From contig CAKKPP010000021.1 in NCBI GenBank assembly GCA_919901745.1, positions 2,820-66,819 of the forward strand: a DNA stretch of 64,000 nt, written 5' to 3'. How positions within the stretch are numbered: position 1 is the first letter of the stretch; each line of letters starts with the position of its first letter. The position numbers and the translations under genes are program-made. The stretch comes from Chloroflexota bacterium (GTDB taxonomy: Bacteria > Chloroflexota > Limnocylindria > Limnocylindrales > CSP1-4). Below the pieces are notes generated by a model. That model did not search any database. It saw nothing but the letters and a program-made list of their open reading frames with translations, and was not told where the DNA came from. This document shows positions 10,166 to 18,924 of the stretch, piece by piece.

Positions 10166-11289
10166 TCGAGACCGGCGTCGAACCGGCCACGATTCCGATG
10201 GCGACGGACCCGCTCGACCCGACCGACACGGCGGCGTGGGATGCTTTCGTTGCACGTTCGGAGCCCGGTTCCTACCTGCAGGCGAGCCCATGGGCGGCGG
10301 TCAAGGCGGTGAACGGATGGTCCGTCGTGCGGCTCATGGCCACCACCGGCTACGCGGGATCCGCGACGTCGATCGGCGCCCAGGTCCTGGTTCGGCGCCC
10401 GCGGCCGCTGCCGTGGGCATTTGCCTACGCGCCTCGGGGTCCGGTGACCGAGACATGGACGGCGACCGCGGTCGAGGTGTTCACCGATCTGGTGCGGCGC
10501 GACCTCGGCCGTCACCCCGAGCACGTCGCGCACCTGCGGATCGATCCGGAGATCGAACTGGACGGTCCGCACGACCCGGGAGGCGCGCTCCGCGGCTCGT
10601 TGCGGGGCGCCGGCTGGCATCCCGCACCGCCGATCCAGCCCAACGCGAGCCGGATCATCGACCTGCGCGCCGACGAGGGCGCACTGTGGGGCGACCTTCG
10701 AAAGAAGTGGCGCCAGTACGTGAGCAAGGCCCGCACGGCGAAGGTCCGGGTGGTCGACGCCGAAGGCGACCGGCTCGGTGACTTCTACCGCATCTACCAG
10801 GAGACGGCGGCGCGGGCCGGCTTCCTGATCCGAACCGAGCAGGCGTATCGCGATGTGTGGGACGCCTTTCGCCCGCTGGGCCTGGCGCGCCTCCTCTTCG
10901 CCGAGTCGGCCGAGGGGGAGCCGCTTGCAACGCTGCTCCTGGTTCGCAGCGGCGGTCGCGTCGTGGAGCCCTATGGGGGCATGACCGCCACCGGCGCCGA
11001 CCTTCGCGCGAACTACCTGCTGAAGTGGGAGGCGATCCGCTCGTCCCGCGAGCAGGGTGCGACGAGTTACGACCTGTGGGGCCTGGCCCATGCGGGAATC
11101 GCCCACTTCAAGACCGGGTTCGGGGGTCGCGAGATCCGCTACATCGGCGCATGGGATCTGGTCCTGAGCCGCCTCGGGCGGGCCACGTACGACATCGCCC
11201 AGCGCAGCCGGGTGTGGGTCGCACGTCGCCGACGTGGTCTGGCCGGAGGGACCGGCTCCGGGGCAGCCGAATTCGCCGGGGGCGATTGA
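10162..11289 (+). CDS. FemABX family peptidoglycan bridge aminoacyltransferase
   Basis: YLQASPWAAVK, YAPRGP, RIDPE, KKWRQYVSKA, ANYLLKWEAI...YDLWG, FKTGFGG, YIGAWD. Confidence 0.85.
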   Translation: MIETGVEPATIPMATDPLDPTDTAAWDAFVARSEPGSYLQASPWAAVKAVNGWSVVRLMATTGYAGSATSIGAQVLVRRPRPLPWAFAYAPRGPVTETWTATAVEVFTDLVRRDLGRHPEHVAHLRIDPEIELDGPHDPGGALRGSLRGAGWHPAPPIQPNASRIIDLRADEGALWGDLRKKWRQYVSKARTAKVRVVDAEGDRLGDFYRIYQETAARAGFLIRTEQAYRDVWDAFRPLGLARLLFAESAEGEPLATLLLVRSGGRVVEPYGGMTATGADLRANYLLKWEAIRSSREQGATSYDLWGLAHAGIAHFKTGFGGREIRYIGAWDLVLSRLGRATYDIAQRSRVWVARRRRGLAGGTGSGAAEFAGGD

Positions 11290-11295
11290 CCCACG

Positions 11296-12471
11296 GTGCC
11301 TGCCGGAATGGTCGACTTTCGAGAGGCGACGCCCGACGAACTGGAGGCGTGGGACGACCTGACCGTCCACGTCGGCGGCGGCCACGTGTACCAGTCCCGC
11401 GCCTGGGCGGAGCACCGCACGGCGAGCGGCTGGCGGCCGACGTTCCTCATGGGCTCCGATGGTTCGGCCGTCCTCGCCCTGTGCCGCGCGTGGCCGCTGA
11501 TCGGAGGCGCCGGGGCCTACCTCCCGCGCGGCCCCGTACCCGCCGGCTCGGCCGAGGCCATGGCCGCGCGCCTCCGGGGCGCAGCAACCTGGCTGGCGGC
11601 GCATGGCGCGGATGTCGTGGCGTCCGACGCGGAGGTCCCGGGTGACCCCGGCTATGCGGAGCTGCTGAGCGCCGCAGGCTTTCATCCGATCCCCGAGATC
11701 CAGCCGTCGCGCCACCGGATGTCCCTGCCGCTGGCCGGCTTCGACGAGGCAGCGATCCGCGCCGGCCTGACCAAGTCTGCCCGGCAGCGGATCGCCGCGG
11801 CGGAACGCGACGGCCTCGCCGTGATCCGGCACGATCGCGGCGGCGACCCAGCCGGCGACCTGTTCCGGGCACCGGTCGCGGATCCGGGGATCGCGTTCGA
11901 GGCGTTCTCGCGGCTGCTCATCTCGACCGGTGAACGCGTCGGGTTTCGGATCGGCGACCGGGCCGCCTTTGTCGATTGGTGGACACGCGCCCACGCGGCC
12001 GGCCATCTGATCCTGCTCGAGGCTGTGGCCGATGCGCCAGCGGGCGCTGCGGCGGCGGGCGGTGCGGCGCCGCCCAGCGGGTCGGGGACGGGCGGCGTGG
12101 CCGCGACGGACGCCGCGCAGATCGCCGGCCTCGTCCTCTACCGGCACGGGGGTCGCCTGACGACGGTTCATTCCGCCGATGATCCGCGGGCCCGTCGCGA
12201 CCACCCGGGTCTCATGCACCTGCTCCGCTGGCGGGCGATCCAGTTGGCGCTCCGGGAGGGTCGGTCGGAAATGGATCTTGGTGGCGTCGACGTGGCGCCC
12301 GATCATGCGGAACCGGCACCGGGTTCGCCGACGCACGGCCTGTACGAGCACAAACGATCGTTCGGCGCGCGGTGGGTCACGATGAGCGGTGCCCACGAGC
12401 GAATCGTTCGCTCGTGGCGCTACCAGGCCGGCCGGGTGACGTCGCGCCTGGTCCGGATGGCAGGGCGATGA
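11296..12471 (+). CDS. second, more divergent FemABX/GNAT-fold protein
   Basis: VYQSRAW, YLPRGP, KSARQRIAAAER, HLLRWRAIQ...MDLGG, LYEHKRSFG. Confidence 0.72.
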   Translation: MPAGMVDFREATPDELEAWDDLTVHVGGGHVYQSRAWAEHRTASGWRPTFLMGSDGSAVLALCRAWPLIGGAGAYLPRGPVPAGSAEAMAARLRGAATWLAAHGADVVASDAEVPGDPGYAELLSAAGFHPIPEIQPSRHRMSLPLAGFDEAAIRAGLTKSARQRIAAAERDGLAVIRHDRGGDPAGDLFRAPVADPGIAFEAFSRLLISTGERVGFRIGDRAAFVDWWTRAHAAGHLILLEAVADAPAGAAAAGGAAPPSGSGTGGVAATDAAQIAGLVLYRHGGRLTTVHSADDPRARRDHPGLMHLLRWRAIQLALREGRSEMDLGGVDVAPDHAEPAPGSPTHGLYEHKRSFGARWVTMSGAHERIVRSWRYQAGRVTSRLVRMAGR

Positions 12472-14111
12472 GCGGCGGCCGCCCGGGGGGAATCAGCGCG
12501 CGACTCGCCGCGGCCGAGCCGCCCGCGCCGCGGCCCCTCGCGCACCTGGTCGCGCGCCTCGATGCCGCCGGCCTGCTCGTTCGGACGCAGACCGTTGCCG
12601 GCGAGGGGCTGTCCGGAACCGTCCGAGGGCCGGCCTACGACTCGCGTGAGGTCGGCCCGGGCAGCGTGTTCGTCGCCGTTCCCGGCGCGCACGTGGACGG
12701 CCACGACTTCGCCGGGCGAGCGGTCGCCGGTGGGGCGGTGGCGGTCATCGTCGAGCGCCCGATCGAGGGTCTGCAAGGCCCGCAACTGATCGTTCGATCA
12801 TCCCAGCGGGCCCTGGCGGCTGCCGCCACCTGGTGGTACGGGGATCCCTCTCGTGACCTCGCCGTCATCGGGATCACCGGGACCGACGGCAAGACCACGA
12901 CCTCGTTGCTCGCCGTTGCTGCGCTCGAGGCAGCGGGGGTTCCGGCGGGCCTCGTGGGGACGGTGGAGACGAAGATCGGAGGCGATCGGGAGAGCAATGT
13001 CGCCCACGCCACGACACCGGAGGCCCCGCTGCTCCAGGCGGCGATCAGGGCGATGGTCCAGGCAGGGGATCGGGCGGCGCTGATCGAGACCACGTCCCAT
13101 GGACTGGCCCTTGGCCGCGTTGACGGGATCGCCTACGACGCGGCCGTCCTGACCAACCTGACCCACGAGCATCTCGAGTTCCATGGGACATGGGAGGCCT
13201 ACCGCAACGCCAAGGTGTCGCTCTTCGAGCGGCTGGCGGTCGGCGCTGTCAACCCGGCCAAGCGGTTCCTGGAGTGGCCGCGGAGCGCGATCATCAACGT
13301 CGACGACCCCTCCGCCGACCGGTTCATCGCGGTCGCCCAGGGGGCCGGCGCGAGAATCATCGGCTTCGGGGCGGCAGCCGGCGCGGACGTCCGGCTCGGT
13401 TCGGTCGATGAGGCGGCTGGTGGGCTTGTGATCTCCACACATGGCGCGACTGGCTCTGCGCGCCTGCGGCTCCGCCTGGCGGGCCGGTTCAACGCCCATA
13501 ACGCCCTGGCCGTCATTGCGCTCGGTGAGGCGATGGGGCTCGATGCGGCGGCAGTCCGAGCGGGGCTCGAATCCGTCAAGCGCATCCCGGGCAGGATGGA
13601 GTCGGTGGATGCCGGCCAGCCCTTCGCGGTGGTGGTCGACTATGCCCACAGCCCGGCTTCGCTGAGGACCGTCCTCGACCAGCTCGGGCCGGCGGCGGAG
13701 GAGCGCGGCGGTGGAGTCATCGCTGTCTTCGGTTCAGCGGGCGAGCGGGACGTCGCGAAGCGTCCGATGATGGGCCGCCTCGCCGGTGAGCGCTGTCGAT
13801 TGGTGATCGTCACCGATGAGGACCCACGCGGCGAAGACCGGCACGCGATCCTCGACGAGATCGCCGTCGGCGCGGAGCAGGCCGGGCGGCGGCGCGGCGA
13901 CGACCTCCTGCTCATCGCCGATCGGCGAGGCGCGATCCGAGCGGCATTCGAACGGGCTCGGCCGGGAGACGTGGTCCTGCTCGCCGGCAAAGGCCACGAG
14001 TCGTCGATCCTCTACGACGACGGCCCGCTGGCCTGGGATGAGCGCGCGGTGGCGCTCGAGATCCTCGCGGAACACGGTTTCCGCGGCTCGGATCGTGCTG
14101 GGCGCACATGA
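12468..14111 (+). CDS. murE: UDP-MurNAc-dipeptide:diamino acid ligase MurE
   Basis: GITGTDGKTTT P-loop, TTPEA, IETTSHGL, TNLTHEHLEFH, PGRME, VDYAHSP, FGSAGERD, TDEDPR, LAGKGHE; ATG 12468 overlaps the upstream stop. Confidence 0.93.
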   Translation: MSGGRPGGISARLAAAEPPAPRPLAHLVARLDAAGLLVRTQTVAGEGLSGTVRGPAYDSREVGPGSVFVAVPGAHVDGHDFAGRAVAGGAVAVIVERPIEGLQGPQLIVRSSQRALAAAATWWYGDPSRDLAVIGITGTDGKTTTSLLAVAALEAAGVPAGLVGTVETKIGGDRESNVAHATTPEAPLLQAAIRAMVQAGDRAALIETTSHGLALGRVDGIAYDAAVLTNLTHEHLEFHGTWEAYRNAKVSLFERLAVGAVNPAKRFLEWPRSAIINVDDPSADRFIAVAQGAGARIIGFGAAAGADVRLGSVDEAAGGLVISTHGATGSARLRLRLAGRFNAHNALAVIALGEAMGLDAAAVRAGLESVKRIPGRMESVDAGQPFAVVVDYAHSPASLRTVLDQLGPAAEERGGGVIAVFGSAGERDVAKRPMMGRLAGERCRLVIVTDEDPRGEDRHAILDEIAVGAEQAGRRRGDDLLLIADRRGAIRAAFERARPGDVVLLAGKGHESSILYDDGPLAWDERAVALEILAEHGFRGSDRAGRT

Positions 14112-14143
14112 TCGGCCAGCCGGCCGGGATCGGACGTGCCCGC

Positions 14144-14152
14144 TGCTATCCT
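14144..14152 (+). promoter_or_regulatory. extended -10 (TGcTATCCT), leaderless rel
   Basis: 6 nt before ATG 14159. Confidence 0.55.
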
Positions 14153-14158
14153 TGATCG

Positions 14159-16450
14159 ATGGCCGCGCCCCGCACGAAGTCCGAATCATCCCCGCGCTCC
14201 GGGGCGGCGTCGTCGCGGTCGAGCCCCACCCGACCGCCTGGCGCGGACACGACGGGGCGGCGCGGGCCGCGCCGGCCACCCTCCGCGACCGCCACGCACA
14301 ACGCGTTGCCAGATCTTCCGGCGCTCCGTACGTCCCTCCTCGCAACCATCGCCGAGCACTATCCGCAGGCCGACCTCGAGCCGGTCGGCCGCGCCTTCGA
14401 CTTCGCCGTCGAGGCACACGATGGCCAGCAGCGTGCCTCGGGCGAGCCGTACGTGACGCACCCGATCGCATCCGCCGAGATCCTCGCCGACCTGGGGATG
14501 GATCCCACGGCCGTCCAGGCCGCGCTCCTCCACGATGTCCCCGAGGACACGGACTACTCGCTCTCGGACCTCGAGGAGCGCTTCGGCGCCGAGACGGCTC
14601 GCCTCGTTGACGGAGTCACCAAGCTGTCGCGCTTCAGCACGCACAGTCACGAGCAGCAGCAGGCCGAGAACATCCGCAAGATGCTCCTGGCCATGGCCGA
14701 GGACATCCGGGTCGTCCTCATCAAGCTCGCCGACCGCCTGCACAACATGCGCACGCTCGCGGCGCTACCGCCCGAGAAGCAGCTCCGGATCGCTCGCCAG
14801 ACGGAAGAGATCTACGCCCCACTCGCCGAGCGCCTGGGGATCTGGCAGATGAAGTGGGAGCTCGAGGACCTGTCCTTCAAGGTCCTGGAGCCGGAGCGCT
14901 TCAGGGAGCTGGCGACGCTTCTCGACACCCGACGAAAGGGCCGCGAGGCCTACATCGACCGTGCGATCGCGGAGCTGGCGCCCCGCCTTGCCGACGCCGG
15001 GATCCAGGCGGACCTCCAGGGACGGCCCAAACACATCAACAGCATCTGGAAGAAGATGCAGCGCAAGAGCGCCGAGTTCGGCGAGATCTACGACGTCTAT
15101 GCGATCCGCATCCTCGTCGACAAGGTCGCCGACTGTTACGCGGCACTCGGGATCGTCCATTCGATCTGGCGCCCGATTCCCGGTCAGTTCGACGACTACA
15201 TTGCGGTGCCCAAGAACAATCTCTACCAGTCCCTGCACACGGCCGTGATCGCCCTCGACGGCAAGCCGCTCGAGATCCAGATCCGAACCCAGGCGATGCA
15301 CCAGGTGTCCGAGGTGGGGATCGCCGCTCACTGGCGGTACAAGGAGGGGACCAAGTCCGACCGCGAGTACGATGCCAAGCTGGCCTGGCTGCGCCAGCTC
15401 ATGGACTGGCAGCGCGACGTCTCCGACGCGACGGAGTTCGTCGAGGGCATCAAGCTCGACATCTTCCAGGACCAGGTATTCGTGTTCACGCCCAAGGGCG
15501 ATATCAAGGACCTGCCGGCCGGAGCCACGGCGCTCGACTTCGCCTACCGGATCCACACCGATGTCGGCCACCGGACGATCGGATCCAAGGTCAACAATCG
15601 CCTCGTCCCGCTCGACTCGCGGCTCAAGAACGGCGACATCGTTGAGATCGTCACCACGAAGGGCGAGCACGGCCCGTCCCGCGACTGGCTCAACGTGGTC
15701 CGAACGAGCCACGCTCGCGAGAAGATCCGCCAGTGGTTCAAGCGCAAGGACCGTGACGAGAACATCGTTCACGGTCGCGAGTCGCTCGAACGAGAGCTGC
15801 GACGCCTCGCCCGGACGACGATCGCCGCGATCGGCGTCGACCGGGTCGCCGAGGTGGGACGCCACTACAGCTTCGATGCCCTCGACGACCTGTTCGCCGC
15901 GATCGGCTACGGCGCGGTGGGCGCCCAGCAGGTGGTCAGCCGCCTCGGCGTCCTCGATGACGCCGAACTTGCGCTCCCGGCGGTGGCGCCACCCGCGCCG
16001 CCGAGGACCGGTGGGGTCAAGGTCAAGGGCGTGCGGGACCTCCTCGTTCGCTTTGCCAAGTGTTGCCACCCGATCCCCGGCGACCCCATTTCAGGCTTCA
16101 TCACCCGGGGCAAGGGCGTCACCGTGCATCTTCGGAGCTGCCCCACGGTGATCAACGAACGTGACGTCGGTCGCCTGATCGAAGTCGAGTGGGAAGGTGC
16201 CGCGACGGCCACCTACCCGATCGCGATCCGGGTCGAGGCGTACGACCGAACCGGTCTGCTCAATGACATCACCCAGGTCGTGGCGGAGAACAAGGTCAAT
16301 ATCGTGGCGGCATCGGTGACCGTAAGACCGGACCACGTGGCCGTGGTCCGCGCCACGCTCCAGGTCCTGTCGGTCAGCCAGCTTGCCCGCGTCCTCAGCC
16401 GGATCGAGCAGCTCAAGGACGTCATCTCGGCCTCGCGGGATGTCGGGTGA
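14159..16450 (+). CDS. relA: bifunctional (p)ppGpp synthetase/hydrolase (long RSH)
   Basis: SGEPYVTHP, ALLHDVPED (intact HD), KLADRLHNMRT, GRPKH, YQSLHT, EIQIRT, AAHWRYKE, TGS domain (VFTPKG), C-terminal ACT (DRTGLLNDI). Confidence 0.95.
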   Translation: MAAPRTKSESSPRSGAASSRSSPTRPPGADTTGRRGPRRPPSATATHNALPDLPALRTSLLATIAEHYPQADLEPVGRAFDFAVEAHDGQQRASGEPYVTHPIASAEILADLGMDPTAVQAALLHDVPEDTDYSLSDLEERFGAETARLVDGVTKLSRFSTHSHEQQQAENIRKMLLAMAEDIRVVLIKLADRLHNMRTLAALPPEKQLRIARQTEEIYAPLAERLGIWQMKWELEDLSFKVLEPERFRELATLLDTRRKGREAYIDRAIAELAPRLADAGIQADLQGRPKHINSIWKKMQRKSAEFGEIYDVYAIRILVDKVADCYAALGIVHSIWRPIPGQFDDYIAVPKNNLYQSLHTAVIALDGKPLEIQIRTQAMHQVSEVGIAAHWRYKEGTKSDREYDAKLAWLRQLMDWQRDVSDATEFVEGIKLDIFQDQVFVFTPKGDIKDLPAGATALDFAYRIHTDVGHRTIGSKVNNRLVPLDSRLKNGDIVEIVTTKGEHGPSRDWLNVVRTSHAREKIRQWFKRKDRDENIVHGRESLERELRRLARTTIAAIGVDRVAEVGRHYSFDALDDLFAAIGYGAVGAQQVVSRLGVLDDAELALPAVAPPAPPRTGGVKVKGVRDLLVRFAKCCHPIPGDPISGFITRGKGVTVHLRSCPTVINERDVGRLIEVEWEGAATATYPIAIRVEAYDRTGLLNDITQVVAENKVNIVAASVTVRPDHVAVVRATLQVLSVSQLARVLSRIEQLKDVISASRDVG

Positions 16451-16495
16451 CCGGTTCCCGAGCCCGGATCAGCCAACCACTCGAGGGGTGAACGG

Positions 16496-17158
16496 ATGAG
16501 CAACGCGAGTCTTGGCCTGCCGGCCGACCTCAACGCCTATCTTCAGCGAGTCGGGCTGCGCGAGCACCCGTTGCTGACCCGATTGCGCGACGAGACGGCG
16601 GCGCTGCCCCAGCACAGCATGCAGATCGCTCCCGAGCAGGGAGCGCTCATGGCGATGCTGGTCCGCCTCATGGGGGCACGACGCTGCGTCGAGGTCGGCA
16701 CGTTCACCGGCTACAGCTCGCTGGCCGTCGCGCTCGCACTGCCCGATGACGGGCGCATCACCTGCTTCGACGTGTCCGACGAGTGGACCGCGGTCGCGCG
16801 GCGATACTGGGCCGAGGCCGGGGTGGGGGACCGCGTCGAGCTGCGCCTCGGGCCCGGGGTCGAGGGACTCGACGGGCTTCTCGCCGAGGGGGCCGCGGGG
16901 ACGGTCGATTTCGCCTTCGTCGACGCGGACAAGGTGTCGTACCAGCTCTACCACGAGCGACTGATGGAGCTGATGCGGCCCGGGGGCCTGGTCGCGTACG
17001 ACAACGTCCTGTGGGGCGGCGCGGTCGTCGACCCGTCCGCCGACGACGCCGACACGCGCGCGATCCGGGCCCTCAACGACAGCCTCGCGACAGATGAGCG
17101 CGTCGACGTGAGCATGGTCCCGATCGCCGACGGACTGACCCTCGCCCGCAAGCGCTGA
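16496..17158 (+). CDS. class I SAM-dependent O-methyltransferase (caffeoyl-CoA OMT-like)
   Basis: MQIAPEQG, EVGTFTGYS, DFAFVDADK, AYDNVLWGG, PIADGLTLARK. Confidence 0.88.
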   Translation: MSNASLGLPADLNAYLQRVGLREHPLLTRLRDETAALPQHSMQIAPEQGALMAMLVRLMGARRCVEVGTFTGYSSLAVALALPDDGRITCFDVSDEWTAVARRYWAEAGVGDRVELRLGPGVEGLDGLLAEGAAGTVDFAFVDADKVSYQLYHERLMELMRPGGLVAYDNVLWGGAVVDPSADDADTRAIRALNDSLATDERVDVSMVPIADGLTLARKR

Positions 17159-17178
17159 GCCATCGGGTGGACGGCCGC

Positions 17179-17184
17179 TAGACT
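17179..17184 (+). promoter_or_regulatory. -10 box (TAGACT), leaderless hisS
   Basis: 8 nt before ATG 17193. Confidence 0.5.
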
Positions 17185-17192
17185 ACCTCTCG

Positions 17193-18488
17193 ATGCCCAC
17201 CTTTCGCGCCCCGCGCGGCACCCGTGACCTGCTGGCGGGTGAGCGGCGCGCCTTCGCTCGCCTCGAGGAGCTCGCCTCCGGGCTGGCGGCGCGCTACGGC
17301 TACCGCGAGCTGGAGACACCACTCTTCGAGCAGGCGGCCGTGTTCGAGCGGGGGATCGGCGAGGTCACCGACGTGGTCGAAAAGGAGCTGTTCCGGCTGG
17401 CTTCCCGCACCGAGGAGGGCGAGGTGTGGGCGCTCCGGCCCGAGGCGACCGCCGGCATTGTCCGCGCCTATATCCAGCACGGGATGCACACCCAACCGCA
17501 GCCCGTGAAGGTGTCGCTGACCGGTCCGATGTTCCGCTACGACCGCCCCCAGGCGGGTCGGTACCGCCAATTCTGGCAGTGGGACGTGGAGGCGATCGGC
17601 GATCCGGGCCCCGCCGTCGACGCGGAGATCATCGAACTGGGCGTCCGCTTCTACCGCGACGCTGGGCTTGCCGATGTGCGGGTGCTGCTGAACTCGATCG
17701 GCGATCCGGCCTGCCGCCCGGCGTATGTCGAAACGCTCCGCGAGCACTACCGCCCGGCGATCGGCCGGCTGCCCGGCATCGAGCGCGAACGCCTCGAGTC
17801 CAATCCGCTCCGTCTGCTCGATTCGAAGGACCCGGCGATGGCCGCGCTGAATGCGTCGGCGCCGCGCATCGTGGACCGTCTGTGCGACGCGTGTGCCGCC
17901 CACTTCGCGGCCGTCCGTGGACACCTGGACGCCCTCGGGATCGCGTATCGACTTCAACCCGGGCTTGTTCGCGGCCTCGACTACTACACCCGAACGGCAT
18001 TCGAGTATTACCGGGAGGGCGCCGAGGGCCAGCAACAGGCCCTCGGGGGCGGCGGCCGGTATGACGGCCTTGTCGAGCTGCTCGGCGGGAAGCCGACGCC
18101 CGGGATCGGGTTCGCGCTGGGCCTTGACCGCGTGGTCCTCGCGCTCGAAGCCAACGGAGGCGCGGGCCCGGTGGAGCCGGAGGTGACGGCGGTCGTCGTC
18201 GGTGCAGACCCGCTGGAGACCGTCCTCCGGCTGGTCGTGGCCACCGAACTCCGGGCCGCCGGGATCGCGGCCCGCGCGGAACTCGGCCAGCGCAAGCTCG
18301 GCAAGCAGCTGGAGTCGGCGGCACGCGACCGGGCGCACTTTGCCGTGATCATCGGCGACGAATACGCCGACGGCCAGGTCCAGCTCAGGGACTTGCCCGC
18401 CGGCACCCAGAAGACCGTTGCCAGGGCTGACCTTCAGCGCGAGATCAGCCGGGCACACGCCGCCCATCGCCACGGCGGGCCGGCGTAG
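17193..18488 (+). CDS. hisS: histidyl-tRNA synthetase
   Basis: PRGTRD, LRPEATAG, FRYDRPQAGRYRQF, LVRGLDYYT, GGGRYD, GFALGLDR. Confidence 0.96.
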   Translation: MPTFRAPRGTRDLLAGERRAFARLEELASGLAARYGYRELETPLFEQAAVFERGIGEVTDVVEKELFRLASRTEEGEVWALRPEATAGIVRAYIQHGMHTQPQPVKVSLTGPMFRYDRPQAGRYRQFWQWDVEAIGDPGPAVDAEIIELGVRFYRDAGLADVRVLLNSIGDPACRPAYVETLREHYRPAIGRLPGIERERLESNPLRLLDSKDPAMAALNASAPRIVDRLCDACAAHFAAVRGHLDALGIAYRLQPGLVRGLDYYTRTAFEYYREGAEGQQQALGGGGRYDGLVELLGGKPTPGIGFALGLDRVVLALEANGGAGPVEPEVTAVVVGADPLETVLRLVVATELRAAGIAARAELGQRKLGKQLESAARDRAHFAVIIGDEYADGQVQLRDLPAGTQKTVARADLQREISRAHAAHRHGGPA

Positions 18489-18516
18489 AGACGATCAGCG
18501 AGGTGCGCCCTCGGCC

Positions 18517-18879
18517 TCAGTAGGTCAGGACACGGTCCGCTTCGAGGGCCAATTCGATGAGCCTGGTCGGCGGGGCCATCTGGACCGGCAGACCGCCCAG
18601 GCCGTCCGCGGAAAGGCCCCGGGCCTTGCTCGACATGCCGGACGCGTAGAGGACCGCCCCACCCGCCACCAGCGCATCGATGTGTTCACGGAAGGGGCCC
18701 GTTCCAATCCCGTGGCCGGCGTCGAGCGTCTCGGGGCGAAGCAGCGAGACGCCATCCCCGGCGATGAAGACGTCGACCCCATGACCCGCTTCGAGCGCCG
18801 AGCGCGCAACAAGCAGCCCCAGCGCGGCCCGCGTCGGATTCTCCGGTCCGGTCGCGATGTGGACAAGCAGGCGTGCCAT
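18517..18879 (-). CDS. DsrE/DsrF-like family protein (no cysteine)
   Basis: AGGAGG RBS; MARLLVHIATGPENPTRAALG...VDVFIAGDGVSLL...SKARG; 120 aa. Confidence 0.78.
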   Translation of the reverse strand: MARLLVHIATGPENPTRAALGLLVARSALEAGHGVDVFIAGDGVSLLRPETLDAGHGIGTGPFREHIDALVAGGAVLYASGMSSKARGLSADGLGGLPVQMAPPTRLIELALEADRVLTY

Positions 18880-18909
18880 GGTCCCTCCTTGATCTGGCCC
18901 CGTTCGGGC

Positions 18910-18915
18910 TACGAT
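18910..18915 (+). promoter_or_regulatory. -10 box (TACGAT), leaderless aspS
   Basis: 9 nt before ATG 18925. Confidence 0.5.
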
Positions 18916-18924
18916 ACGCCCGCC

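Noticed and set aside
18517-18879. Selenoprotein version of DsrE
   Set aside because: The codon at the expected Cys position is TCC (Ser); there is no in-frame TGA.
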